A DNA stretch of 48,489 bases, filler included, from Jimgerdemannia flammicorona (taxonomy: Eukaryota), in assembly GCA_003990765.1 (NCBI GenBank). It is 2 parts of 2 records of this genome, joined end to end, with 100 filler letters (N's around TTAATTAATTAA, not from the genome) between each part and the next. Parts side by side here need not be neighbours in the genome. Positions count along the whole stretch, not along the records: positions 1 to 24,202 come from RBNJ01001008.1; 1 more part is not named here. One strand, given 5' to 3'. A program made the translations under genes and the position numbers. The notes under the pieces are model-generated. The model searched no databases. It was given only the letters and a program-made list of their open reading frames with translations, and had not been told where the DNA came from. Shown here piece by piece: positions 1 through 10,751 of the stretch. Numbering within the stretch: the stretch's first letter is position 1; each line of letters opens with the position of its first letter.

Positions 1-1
1 G

Positions 2-124
2 GGCGACAACGTGCACTCCAACGTAGGTGACGAAGATAACGACGATATGGATGAATCCGACGACGTATTCGCAGAGGCGTTTGACACGGAGCTGGCCACG
101 CCAGTATCGAATGGAATTATTTAA
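2..124 (+). CDS. Possible C-terminal end of an acidic protein (GDNVHSNVGDEDNDDMDESDDVFAEAFDTELATPVSNGII*), entering from outside the window
   Basis: Open frame from position 2 to TAA at 122-124 in CpG-retaining DNA, with an Asp/Glu-rich composition. No family recognised. Confidence 0.3.
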   Translation, partial: GDNVHSNVGDEDNDDMDESDDVFAEAFDTELATPVSNGII

Positions 125-1276
125 TTTCGTCATTGGGGCCCGACAACTCGGTATGCTACTTTTTGCGAACAATAGGGCATCCAGCAGAAATCCCCAGATG
201 AGCCACATATGAAGTCAACCTGGCTTTTTCACCGAACTGTTGGGTCATCAATATGAGGCTTCCATTTCCTATTGAGTGATGTAACTACCTACTACCCGAA
301 CATCTTTTTCTCCTTCTTGATCAATATAACTATCTACTACTGGAGTTCAACTGGCCACACTGGGAATCCTTATGAAAGTGCAAATTTTGTTTTAGAAGGG
401 TGGTTACTGTTAAGCAAAAGGGACGCGCCAAAGCGTGTATCTAAAACGCGTAAAAGCGCGTGCATACATATGATTTTTTCCTGGCCAATGGCAAATACTA
501 TTGCAGTGCTGGTACTGCATTTGTGCAACACATGAATGCTGTTGGGTTCATTTATATATAATTCTTTTCACATCCAGCACAACACATATATAACATTCAA
601 ACATACATCCAACACAATATGGTCAAGGTGCATCGAAGAACGATCAACTCCCACTATCCCTGCCAAGTGCTTTTGTCCCATTGCTATGCGTCCAAAAGCC
701 CTCTCAGGTGAAATTGTCCAAATGGCCAACGTAACATTGAGTCTGTCGAAGAGCCATTGACTCCTGCTGTCCCTGCTAAGCACTCTCGTTCCTTGGGCAA
801 CACTGAAACAAATGTTATGGCGAGCAAATGGGTTCTATATAGTAACAGTTTTGCACCACAAATGAAGCCCAACATAGCAAAGGGTTCACTTCTAGTACCA
901 CAAACGAGCTCCAAACTAATGTCATATTTATGTACTATCATTCATAGAAGCCAAAAAGGAAACGCGGGCGGCTGACGACACAGTGTGATAGCTGCCGAAT
1001 GCTGCGGAAAACCAAACAGCTGCATATAAAATGCATTCATAAGAATGGTTGGTTATCTTTTCTATTTCCTTACTGCTTTATATATATACTAGCACCAGTT
1101 CGATACATATTTCCCAAAGTACTAACACCTGCTACTACCCCTCTTCCACCGACCCTGTATAGCCACAGCACCAGCTCCTGCTGCCACTCTCCCTCCTTTA
1201 TTGACTCCACATGCTGGCTCAGCATCAGCTCCTACTGTTCCTCTCTCGATCTTGCCTGCTAGTCTCTCAACAGACA

Positions 1277-1377
1277 AAAGTGCATCCGAGGAACTCCTCA
1301 CTGAACTCGAAAGTGCATCCGAGGAACTCCTTACTGAACTCGAAAGTGTATCTGAGGAACTCCTCTCACTGAACTTG
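1277..1377. repeat. 33-bp tandem repeat, about 3 copies
   Basis: Unit aaagtgcatccgaggaactcctcactgaactcg at 1277, 1310 and 1343; the third copy has a 2-bp insertion. Confidence 0.9.
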
Positions 1378-1475
1378 CCTGCTGGTACCCCAGATATGTA
1401 AACTAGTGAGGTGTGTATATAAAATGTAGTTTTTTAGATTTTATAAAATAAAGCATTGCTTATTAGTGTTATCAT

Positions 1476-1737
1476 TGTAACATACCTGGCTCAATGGAGG
1501 CAAATTACAAGGTTGGGGGTTGATGTAGTTTGGCTTGAACCCCCAGTTACTTTGTTAAAAAAGCAACAAAATGTTCTAAGATTCCTGAGGTCCTTGGTGT
1601 TTAGTGGTATAATAGTCAAAGCTGGATATCTGCAAGTGATTTCCTTATTGTGATGGTTCTCTGGGTATAGTGGCAGTTTGTGTGTGAATGGGTTTCCTTC
1701 TTGGATCAACTGGGAATCAGTAGAAATTCGTGTATAG
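1476..1737 (-). repeat. Reverse-oriented LTR of a related Gypsy subfamily, left piece (LTR 3' terminus), interrupted by element 1
   Basis: Reverse complement of the element-1 LTR end (tgtaacatacctggctcaatggaggcaaattacaagg...). No PBS lies next to it, so it is a solo LTR or a 3' LTR. Confidence 0.85.
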
Positions 1738-3191
1738 TGTGACAAACCACAAAACGTAGCAATCTCAAAAACCTAACCAGGTGACATGAACATTAGCATA
1801 GCATAGTAACCAGCAACCATTGCTGCGGAAAAATGTATAAATAACCAGATAGCCAAAGAAGGGAATAATGTGAACAGTGGCTGTCCCCTAGACAGTGGCT
1901 GTCCACCAGACAGTGACCGTCCACCCAAACACACCATAGATAGCAAATCTATAGTTAGCCAGGTAGCAACCAGATAGCAACCACAATGTATAAATTACCC
2001 CAGAGACAAGAGTGAATAAACCTCAGTCTGAAATTCAAAGCAAAAGACAAGTCTGCCTACCATACTTTGAGAGAAACTCTACAGCCACTGCTAGGAGATT
2101 GTGAGCTTATTTCCCCACTCTGGTCCACTTTCTGACACAAAGAACAAGTCTGAAATACAAACACCAAAGAAGCCTCTAAAGATTGAGCATTGGTCCCCTT
2201 TCCACTCTGGTCTACTTTCCGATACAAAGCTGATTTTGCTGCCTAAGTTCAAGGAGAACTTCGCTACCTTTTGAAGAACCTGCTGCTTAAGGAATAAGCC
2301 ATGCTATTGGTATGCTTGCCAGATAAGCCTGAAGAACCCAAGTTTTCGCTGTCATTCTTGCCACAAGCCAGTCTTTCTGATGCAACTTCACAGTAGAGCC
2401 AGTCTACAATGCAACCCCATGTAAATGAAGCCAGTCTTTGACGTAACTTGTCAAGAATCTGAGTTATTTCCCAGAAGCCCGCTGATTCTGGAGAATCCGC
2501 ATCATCCGCCGTTTTCGAGTTATCCACATTCCCAGTTGAAGTCACCAATTCAGGAAGAATCCATGCCATCGTATTCCCAGAAGAGCCTGCCGATTCAGGA
2601 AGAATCCACGTCATCCAAGTAGTATTCCCAGTTGAAGCTAAATCTGCGTCATCTGAGTTATTTGTTGTTCCCAGTAAGCCCAAGGAGAACCCATTGCCAG
2701 TACAATTCCCAGTAAGAAGGATCCATGCCACCCTCTATTCCCAGTGAGCCAAATTGAGTTATTTGCCAAATTATCAGAATGTCCTGCATAGGGAACTCGT
2801 CACGCTACACAGAGATTGCCACCCAAATCGCATAAGAAAAGCCACCAAATTACCAGACCATCATGTACAGAGATCGTCGCGCTACACAGAAATCACCCGT
2901 TACTCAAGAAGGAAACCACTCATGCTACACACAAATTCTGCCATTTCCAGTTGACCCAGGAAGGAAACTCATTCACACAAATCACTGCTATACCCAGAGA
3001 ACTGTCCCAATTAGGAAATCAACATACAAATTGCTTGCAGATATCCAGCTTTGACTATTATACCACTAAACACCAAGGACCTCAGGAATCTTAGAACATT
3101 TTGTTACTTTTGACAAAGTAACTGGGGGCTCAAGCCAAACTACATCAATCCCCAACCTTGTAATTTGTCTCCATTGAGCCGGCACATTACA
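1738..3191 (+). repeat. 5' LTR of element 1 (1454 bp)
   Basis: TGTGACAAACC...CACATTACA, colinear with 10752-12196. Contains an internal 18-bp triple repeat (cagtggctgtcc..., ~1875-1925) and repeated attcaggaagaatcca/ttcccag motifs. Confidence 0.97.
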
Positions 3192-3193
3192 TT

Positions 3194-3210
3194 TGGGGGC
3201 TCAACTGGGA
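3194..3210 (+). other. Primer-binding site, tRNA-Pro type
   Basis: TGGGGGCTCAACTGGGA lies 2 nt after the LTR end and resembles the tRNA-Pro PBS TGGGGGCTCGTCCGGGAT of MLV. Homologous sites occur in elements 2 and 3. Confidence 0.8.
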
Positions 3211-3224
3211 AGATTTTAAAATCA

Positions 3225-5198
3225 ATGTGACTTTTTAGCTCACAAGAACCCACAGTCAAACTGGATACATTTGATACAACACCAACCTCTGCCACTACAG
3301 GAGAACCAGTCATCACTAGTATTTGGACAGGAAGAGAAATAATTACATCAAGACTTGCCAATTACCCAGCATCAGAAGGATCCCAACCAGAACTAGAAGG
3401 CAGTACAGCTTGAAATCCCCAACCAGATCAACTAGACAATACAGACAGCCCTGCTAGAGATTTTGGAGAACTTGCACAAGAACTAGAAGATCTTATTACA
3501 TGGACCCGAGACCTTACAGCCAGACACCCCAGATCAGCCCCACCAATCTCACCAATAGAACCTTTATCACAACCCCTTGCAGAGCCAGAAGTAGCTTCTA
3601 CAAGAATACCTAGACCTATTCCACTTCATCCAAGGTCCAGAACACCATCATCAAGATACCCAAGCACCCCCATCTCCAGTGACAGCTCAGAAAGTGAATC
3701 AGAATCAGAATCCAAACTTGAACCAGAATCAGAAGAAAGTGACAATGAAATGGCCACCTCATTGCCAATCTTTGCAGGATACCTGGAGGAAGACCCCAGA
3801 GAATTTCTTGATGGAATTGAAGGAATTGCAGCCTTGAGAAATCTCTCAGATGAAAGAAAAATTGCCATCTACAAAGCTCAGCTCAGAGAACCAGCCAGAG
3901 GAATTTTCCATCAAACAGTAAATAACTGAGATTCAGAACTAGCAAGACAGATATAAGCAGCAATGTCTGACAAGTTAGAATATGAGGCCATGGTCCACTG
4001 GCTCATCAAAAAGTATGCAGGAAATGAAACCTGCCACAAGGCTCAAGAATCTATCATGGGAATGAAGATGAATCTTGGAGAATCACCCAGAGCCTTCTTC
4101 ATAAGAATCCAGAAGAGAATGTATGCTGCCAGGTTCAATGCCACCAACCAGGACATCATTGATCCAATGACCTTCATGAATGGAATTCCCCCAAATATTG
4201 CCCAACATGTCTACACTCTAGGCATCAGAAGGTCTGAAGAGCAAGTAGATGCAGCCCAAGGATTCTTTGATGTCAGACAAGGAACTACTTGGAGTAACCA
4301 TGATAGGAAAGAAGATAAAGAAGACATTCTGGTCAAAGCCCTACAAGGACTACTTCAAGGACAAGAAAGATATGAAGAAAGAATGCCAGCCAAGGAAGGA
4401 AAGAAGGATAGAAGTGAAATCCAAGACCTTAGCTCCAAGTTGGACTGATTGGTTGGACAGATTGAAAAACTCACTATATGAGAAAATTGGAGCCATCAAG
4501 ACAATAGAGGATACCCACCACAGAGGAGCCAAGGTTATCCACCAAGAGATAACAGGAATTACCAGCAAGAAGAAAGAAGGTACCCTGTCCGAGACAGAGC
4601 CCAAGTCCAATGCTTCTACTGTGGACAATTTGGACACTATGCCACCGAATGTGACAATAAAAAAAGTGACCGAAGGGACTCAGAAGCACCAAACTGAAGG
4701 AATGACACTCAGTACAAAAAGACTGAAGCCTATCCTGTTGAAGATTTCGAAGAAACAAGCAACAGTGAAGACTACAGTGACCTAGACTTGTACTCTGCTA
4801 AGGTTACAACCCAGAAAACAGTCTATCCAGCAGAGAAAAGAAAGAGACCTGTAGGAAGACCATCTAGGAACATCAGCAGAAGAATTATCCAAGAAGAGGA
4901 TGATGAACATGAGGAGGAACAAGTAGAAACACCTCCCCGAACTCCTTCACCTTTTGTCCCCAAGATAAATGAGTTGCCACCAGAAGATGAAGAAATGGAA
5001 CAAGAAGAACAGGAACCTGCTGCTCCAAAGTCTAAGAAGAAGTACACTCTGAAGACCATGCCTAGAGACATTTACAATGAAGCCTGGCAGAAGATTCAAG
5101 AAGCCAAGATGGAAGTCCCTCTCCTGCAGTTCCTGCAACTGACACCAGCCAGAGTCCGAAACAAATCGCTGAGAACCACCAGGTCTAGCACTGGCTGA
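3225..5198 (+). pseudogene. gag: Gag (Pro/Ser/acidic N-terminal extension, capsid-like domain, CCHC zinc knuckle, acidic linker)
   Basis: ATG at 3225 is in frame with ORFs 3963 and 4788. LPIFAGYLEEDPREFL from 3750; CFYCGQFGHYATEC at 4611-4652. Several in-frame stops are explicable as C>T changes. Confidence 0.88.
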
Positions 5199-5249
5199 GT
5201 TCCAATCCCAAGCAAGAACCAGCTTCCATCCCTGTCCAAGCAGCTGAAA

Positions 5250-5635
5250 GACATGTCAGCACCTACTTACATAGAGATATTGGAGGACAAAAGGCGAAAA
5301 TCCTCATAGACACAGGAGCAGCTGTCTGTATTATTGCCAAACAGTTCCTAGACACCCTTCAATGGCCCATTGATGGACCATCCAACCTCAGCATCATAGT
5401 AGCAGATGGAGCCCAAACTCAACCCCTTGGAGAAGTACAAAATATCACCATTTCCCTTAGACACATTCAGTTCTCCATCTCTAAAGCTATTGTCACCGAA
5501 GCTGTTACCTATGACATGATTCTTGGTACCAACTGGATGAAGAAAATGAATGCAGTTGTTGACATTGGCCAACAAGTACTCAAGTTTGATTACCAAGGCA
5601 AGAAATATAAAGTTAAGGTGACCAGCTACGAGCAA
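5250..5635 (+). pseudogene. Retropepsin aspartic protease domain
   Basis: KILIDTGAAVCII (D at 5309) and YDMILGTNWM motifs. Confidence 0.92.
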
Positions 5636-6915
5636 TCAAAGAAGAAGAAGAAGGTCACTATTCAGGAAGAATATGCCAGCAGTGAAGAATCTACCACAGA
5701 AGAAGAAGAAGAATCTGAAGATGGAAATGATCCCAGACTCAATCCCCAAATCAATCTGGTGGATGACCGACCAGAAGATAATGTGTGGGCCAAGAACACT
5801 ATCCCTATTACTATTGGAGCTATTGCAGGAGAAGCCAAAGGATGCCCTACATGCCTCAAGAGACACAAGTGTCCTGAGCACTCCTCCAAGATTATGGGAA
5901 CAAGGAAATCGCCAGGCACAGCCTGCCCAGAGTGCAGAAGGAAGAAGAAGAAATGCTGACATGTTCCAGAAACACCTGCAACCAAAGCTGCAGAAGTATA
6001 AGCAATTTGGAGTCAAGAATCATCTGAGGAAGAAGAAACTTCTGACCAACAAGTTCCTGAACAAGAAGCACCTGATGAAGAAGAGATCCCCAAACTCATT
6101 CCCTGGAATGACCCTTGCTGGACACCACCTGGAGACAATGACCCTTGGAATACAGAAGAAGGACCCAGTATAATCACCATTATCCCCAAGAAAGAAACCC
6201 ACCAAGAGAAAGCTTTTCGGCTAGGAAGATGTCAACACCAAATGGTCTTCTACTCTCCCCAAGACTACTGCTATCAGTGTCATCTGTTGGACCAACAAGA
6301 AAGACAGAGACCCCAGAGACCAGAACCCCCGAACACACTTGCACAGTCAACTACCTTTCAAGAAGTCACCACCAAGCTGCAAAGCCGATTCAGGGGGCAA
6401 GGCTTCTTCACCCAGACAGAAATATATCCCTTGTCCACACTTCCACCCACTTATGACCAAGATGGGTACCAATTCCTGAGACAACAGGAGATAAACAGCC
6501 AGGAACAACATTTCCAAGCAATGGGATACTGCAATTATGGAAGACACCCTGACTGCCAAGACTGCAGACATCAGAAGATCCACCTTAGTCATGACATTGC
6601 AGTCCATACTTTAAAGAGAGGAGACAATAGGGACCAGATCCGAAAAAGCCAAACCAAGAAGCCAGGAAGAAGAATTCTCAAGATCTACAATTTGGGAGAA
6701 GACATCCTGGCTCTCATTAGACATGCAACCCACCAAGGATGGGCAGAAGATGCTACCAACTTCATGGAAGCCCTAGACCCTACAGGAAGAAGAGGAATCA
6801 ACTACCTCCAAGACCCCTCTACTGGAGCCAGATGGCCACACCTCAACCTTAGAGCTTGGAGGCTTTCTGCTAGTGGAGCTTCAGCCCTAGGAAAGCCTGA
6901 ACTCAGCAAGGATAT
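5636..6915 (+). pseudogene. Uncharacterised ~430-aa polyprotein insert between PR and dUTPase, with Cys/His clusters and acidic stretches
   Basis: CPTCLKRHKCPEH...CPECRRKKKKC(R)H, CQH...CYQC and CNYGRHPDCQDCRH are in the PR frame. The region is also present in elements 2 and 3. Confidence 0.75.
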
Positions 6916-7325
6916 TGCCCAGTATCCTGCTGCACCCCAAGGCCAAACCACCGACCAAAGCTCACCCAGAGGATGTGGGATATGATCTTCACAGCCTGGA
7001 GGATGAATCTATCAAGCCTGGAAAAACCTTCATGGTCAGAACTGGATTAGCCATACAGCCACCCCAAGGAGCTTATATTTAACTAACCTCAAGATCCAGA
7101 CTTGCCAGACAAGAGATAACTGTAGAAGGAGGAACCATTGACCCTGGATATACAGGCGAAATCAAGGTTATCCTATACAATAGCAGTGCAGAATGGCACT
7201 GAATCATCAGAGGACAGAAGATTGCCCAAGCAGTCTTCATGAAGATCAAGACCCCACAGTTACAGGAAGTCTCTGAACTAACTGAAGGAACAAGACAAGC
7301 CAAGGGATTTGGAAGTTCAGATAGG
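6916..7325 (+). pseudogene. Trimeric dUTPase domain
   Basis: All five motifs are present: VGYDL, TSRSRLA, GGTIDPGYTGEIKV, GQKIAQ, RQAKGFGSS. There is a 2-bp deletion near 6927 relative to element 2, and two premature stops. Confidence 0.93.
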
Positions 7326-7672
7326 AAGGAGGTACATCTCCTTCAAGTCAACCACCTCAAGAGGAATGTTCTCCAGCAAGTGTACTGGCAACCAGTCAGA
7401 CTGCACAAGAATCTCATCCTGGAGCCTGGGGAACAAACTACCTTCGAAATCTTTACACCACTGGACCCCAGAAACCTTTTCTTCGAACCCAAGGAAGATA
7501 TCCCACACCTGGACATAAAGGGACACACATTCCCTGACAAGATGAACCCAGTACACTCCTGAGCAACCAACCAAAGTTGGGAGACCATCATCTTGCCAAA
7601 AGGAACCATCATAGGACATCTGGTGCCTTTTCTCAACCGAACTCATAGGGAAGTTTATGAACTAAACCTATT

Positions 7673-7720
7673 GGGAAACAGCAAAAGGTCTCAGAAGAAA
7701 GGAAAGGCCCCTCTGCGACC
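7673..7720 (+). promoter_or_regulatory. Putative programmed -1 ribosomal frameshift signal (G_GGA_AAC, 7-nt spacer, hairpin)
   Basis: The heptamer at 7673-7679 is in X_XXY_YYZ phase. GGTCTCAGAAG (7687-7697) pairs imperfectly with CCTCTGCGACC (7710-7720). The zero-frame stop is at 7731 and RT begins in the -1 frame. Element 2 has the same frame offset. Confidence 0.65.
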
Positions 7721-7729
7721 CAGGAGACA

Positions 7730-8760
7730 GTGAAGCCTTCCACCAACATTGGAGAAGAATTGACACCTCAACAACAGCAACAACTAGTAGAACTTCTCAA
7801 CAAATATCAAGATATCTTCACTACCAATTATGGCAACCTGCCATACAATCCATCATATCACCACAGTATAAATACAGGAAATGCAACACCCATCCGGCAG
7901 AAACCCTATAGAATACCCCATCACTTGAAAATATTCGAAAAAGAGCACATTCAAGAACTCTTAGACAATGGAGTCATCCGACCCTCTACCAGCCCCTGGG
8001 CCAGCCCTATACTTATTGTACCAAAGAAAGGAGGATGGAGACTCTGCAGTGGATTATAGGAAACTCAATTCAGTCACCGAAAAGGATGCATATCCTCTAC
8101 CCAGAATTGATGACCTCTTAGATCAGTTACAAGATGCCAGATACTTCAGCAGTATGGACCTCTTTGCAGGATTCCATGAGATCTCCATGGACCCAAAGGA
8201 CATCCAAAAGACAGCCTTCCTTGCTCTAGGAAAACTGTTTGAATACCTCCGAATGCCTTTTGGACTTTGCAATACACCCCCCACCTTTCAGAGGATGATG
8301 AATTTGGTCTATGCCCTCTTGATCCACCACTGTCTGATTGTATACATGGATGATTCCAACATCTATTCAGCAAATTTCGAAGAACACCTGCACCACCTAG
8401 AGGAATTCTTCAAGCTCACTCGCAAGAATCACTTGAGATTGAATGCAAAGAAATGCTACTTTGGGAAACAGAAACTTGAATTCCTGGGATTCATGGTTTC
8501 AAAAGAAAGAACTCATGCAGACCCAAAGAAAACTGAGAAGATCAACAATTGGCCAGTACCCAAGACTCCAAAGGAAACACTATCATTCCTGATGCTAGTA
8601 TCCTACTACAGAAGGTTTATCAAAGATTTTGCCCAAATCGCTGCCCCAATCCGAATCCTTCTCAAGAAAGAAGTGCCATTCAAATAGACAGAATCACAGG
8701 AAAAAGCCTTCAGAGAACTCAAGAACCACATGACTACAGCACCAATCCTTGTGTGCCCCA
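7730..8760 (+). pseudogene. pol: Reverse transcriptase (Ty3/Gypsy)
   Basis: PYRIP, SPWASPILIVPKK, VDYRKLN, YPLPRIDDLL, RMPFGLCN and YMDD (8343). A 1-bp insertion near 8050 is absent from element 2. Confidence 0.96.
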
Positions 8761-8769
8761 ATCTATAGA

Positions 8770-9135
8770 AGCCATTCATCTTGTATATAGATGCTTCTAA
8801 AGATGGCCTTGGGGCAGTCCTGTCTCAAGAAGGATGTGATCAACAGCACCATGTGATAGCTTATACAAGCAGGGCTATCAACCAGCAGCAGATGAACTAT
8901 GGTAGCACTAAACTGGAATGCCTTGCAGTCATATGGGCAGTTACCCTGTTCAAGCATTACCTCATCAGAAAAAGGTTCACCCTGATCACAGACCATACAG
9001 CCCTCAAATGGCTATTCAACTGCAAGGAACCTACTGGAATCCTAGCCCGCTGGATCCTTATCCTTCATGATTACAAAATCACCATTATTCACAAAGCAGG
9101 GAAGCCCACAACAATGTTGATGTACTTTCCTGCCA
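8770..9135 (+). pseudogene. RNase H
   Basis: LYIDASKDGLGAVLSQ, KLECLAVIWAV, FTLITDHTAL and LARWILIL. Confidence 0.93.
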
Positions 9136-10209
9136 GCCCCAATGAACCAGAAGAAGGGTGTCTTGAGGAACCACACCCTAAAGGAAGCTCCTCAGACTAT
9201 CAAGGCACAAGAAGATCTCATCTGAAAAGAACAACAGAAAGCCCACCAAGGACAGACAAGTACAGAAGACAAGATTCAAAAACAATATCAACATTGGCCC
9301 CACCTCAGAACTCAAGTCTGAGACATCATTCAGAAATATGACACCTGTCAGAAGTACCAAGAAAAGAAGAACTATCAAGCCCCTCTGCAACTGATTCCCC
9401 CACCCACTCACATCTTTCAAAGATGGAGAGTAGATGTAATTGGACCCCTACCAGTTACACCAAGAAGAAACAAATACATCCTAGTATTTGTAGAACATCT
9501 GACTAAGTGGCCTGAGGCTTTCCCAATGGAGATTGCAGATGCCTTAACCATTGTAGGCCTCCTCCATAGACTCACACTCAGATATGGAGTCCCCGAAGAA
9601 CTTATCTCTGATCGAGGCACAGAATTCATCAACAACATAATCATAAGTTATGCCCAAATTCACAAGATCCACCTCAAAAGGACCACATCATACTACCCTC
9701 AGACCAATGGCATGACAGAAAGAATGAACCAGACCATCAAGAAAGGACTTGCCTGAGTCAATCCTACTAATTGGGATCTCTGCTTACCTGAGATCCTATG
9801 GGAAATCTGAAATACCCCTGCTGCATCAACCAAACAAAAGCCCTTTGAAATGATGTTTGCCAAGAAGACCAGAACTGCTGACCATGAGAACCTCAGAAAG
9901 CTTCTTGAAAAGAGAGATCAGCTGTGAAATAAAGCCCGAATCCAGATCATCAAGGCCCAGGAAAGACAAAAGAAGTATTATGACCAGAAACAGAAGGATC
10001 AGAAGATCAAGATTGGTGATCAAGTTCTAGTTTGGAGAAGCATGATAGAAACAAACTTTGCCACCAAACTGGAACCCAAATGGGAAGGACCTTATCTTGT
10101 ACACAATATCAGAGGAACTGGCATCTATTTAAGAAGCATGGATGGACGAACCCTGAGAACAGTAGTACACATCAATCACCTCAAACTATATCTCCCCTCT
10201 ATACCATGA
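9136..10209 (+). pseudogene. Integrase (degenerate HHCC, DDE core, GPY/F; no chromodomain)
   Basis: VDVIGPLP, LISDRGTEF, YPQTNGMTERMN and PKWEGPY. The frame ends ...HLKLYLPSIP* at TGA 10207-10209. Confidence 0.93.
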
Positions 10210-10712
10210 GCCAAAGGATTGATTGGCACCTCCAGACATTGGTCCTCAGCTCCTTCCAGGCCCTACCAGTTCCCTTACCCCAGTTCCACCAACTTGAAGG
10301 AACCCCAATACAATTGATCCAAAAGCATCAAGAGAACCTTGTCATTACCCAAAGATTGTTACAGATCTATTATCTACAGGCCTTCTACAACATTGGACAA
10401 TTACTTGAAGAACAACCATACATTGGAGGACCAGCTGGGATAACCCGCCAAGAAGCCAGAACTGCCAAATGAATCTACACACTATACAAATAAAATGTTG
10501 GAGCCCTAGTGCAATCTCACTTCTACCTCAATGATATTCATCAGATGAATGAGACCACCTTTCAGAGTATTCTCCAACAAGTGGACATCCTATTTCCCGA
10601 AGGACAAAAAGAAGATCTGGAGCTAGAATGGAGTGACCCTGATACAGACAATGAAGATGATGGGACAGGTATAGATGCAGAAGCAGCTTATGCCTATTGG
10701 GATGATGACTGA
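10206..10712 (+). pseudogene. Extra 168-codon ORF (ORF3) of unknown function between integrase and PPT
   Basis: ATG at 10206 overlaps the IN stop (ATGA). The frame joins listed ORFs 10032-10472 and 10509-10712 across two stops (TGA 10470, TAA 10491) that fit CGA/CAA C>T changes. The C-terminus is acidic. Confidence 0.8.
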
Positions 10713-10739
10713 AGAACAGTCTGAGACAGACTATCCTTC

Positions 10740-10751
10740 AGTGGGGGCTGA
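10740..10751 (+). other. Polypurine tract
   Basis: AGTGGGGGCTGA lies immediately before the 3' LTR. Confidence 0.75.

Noticed and set aside
272..1262. Short overlapping ORFs as host genes
   Set aside because: No recognisable domain and no consistent frame or splice pattern that I can support.
1277..1377. 33-bp repeats, and LTR internal repeats at 12375-12580, as a possible CRISPR array
   Set aside because: The units are contiguous or degenerate without unique spacers, there are no cas genes, and the context is eukaryotic.
2264..3094. ORFs inside the element-1 LTRs (2264-2731 minus, 2816-3094 plus, and their twins in the 3' LTR)
   Set aside because: They appear twice only because the LTR is duplicated. 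They translate low-complexity repeats and are broken by indels in the related LTRs.
5190..5220. Frame change between gag and protease as a programmed gag-pol frameshift
   Set aside because: Elements 2 and 3 have one more base here and read through in frame, so it is a private 1-bp deletion in element 1.
10206..10712. ORF3 as an env gene or chromodomain
   Set aside because: Too short for env, with no signal peptide, transmembrane segment or furin site, and no chromodomain aromatic-cage pattern.
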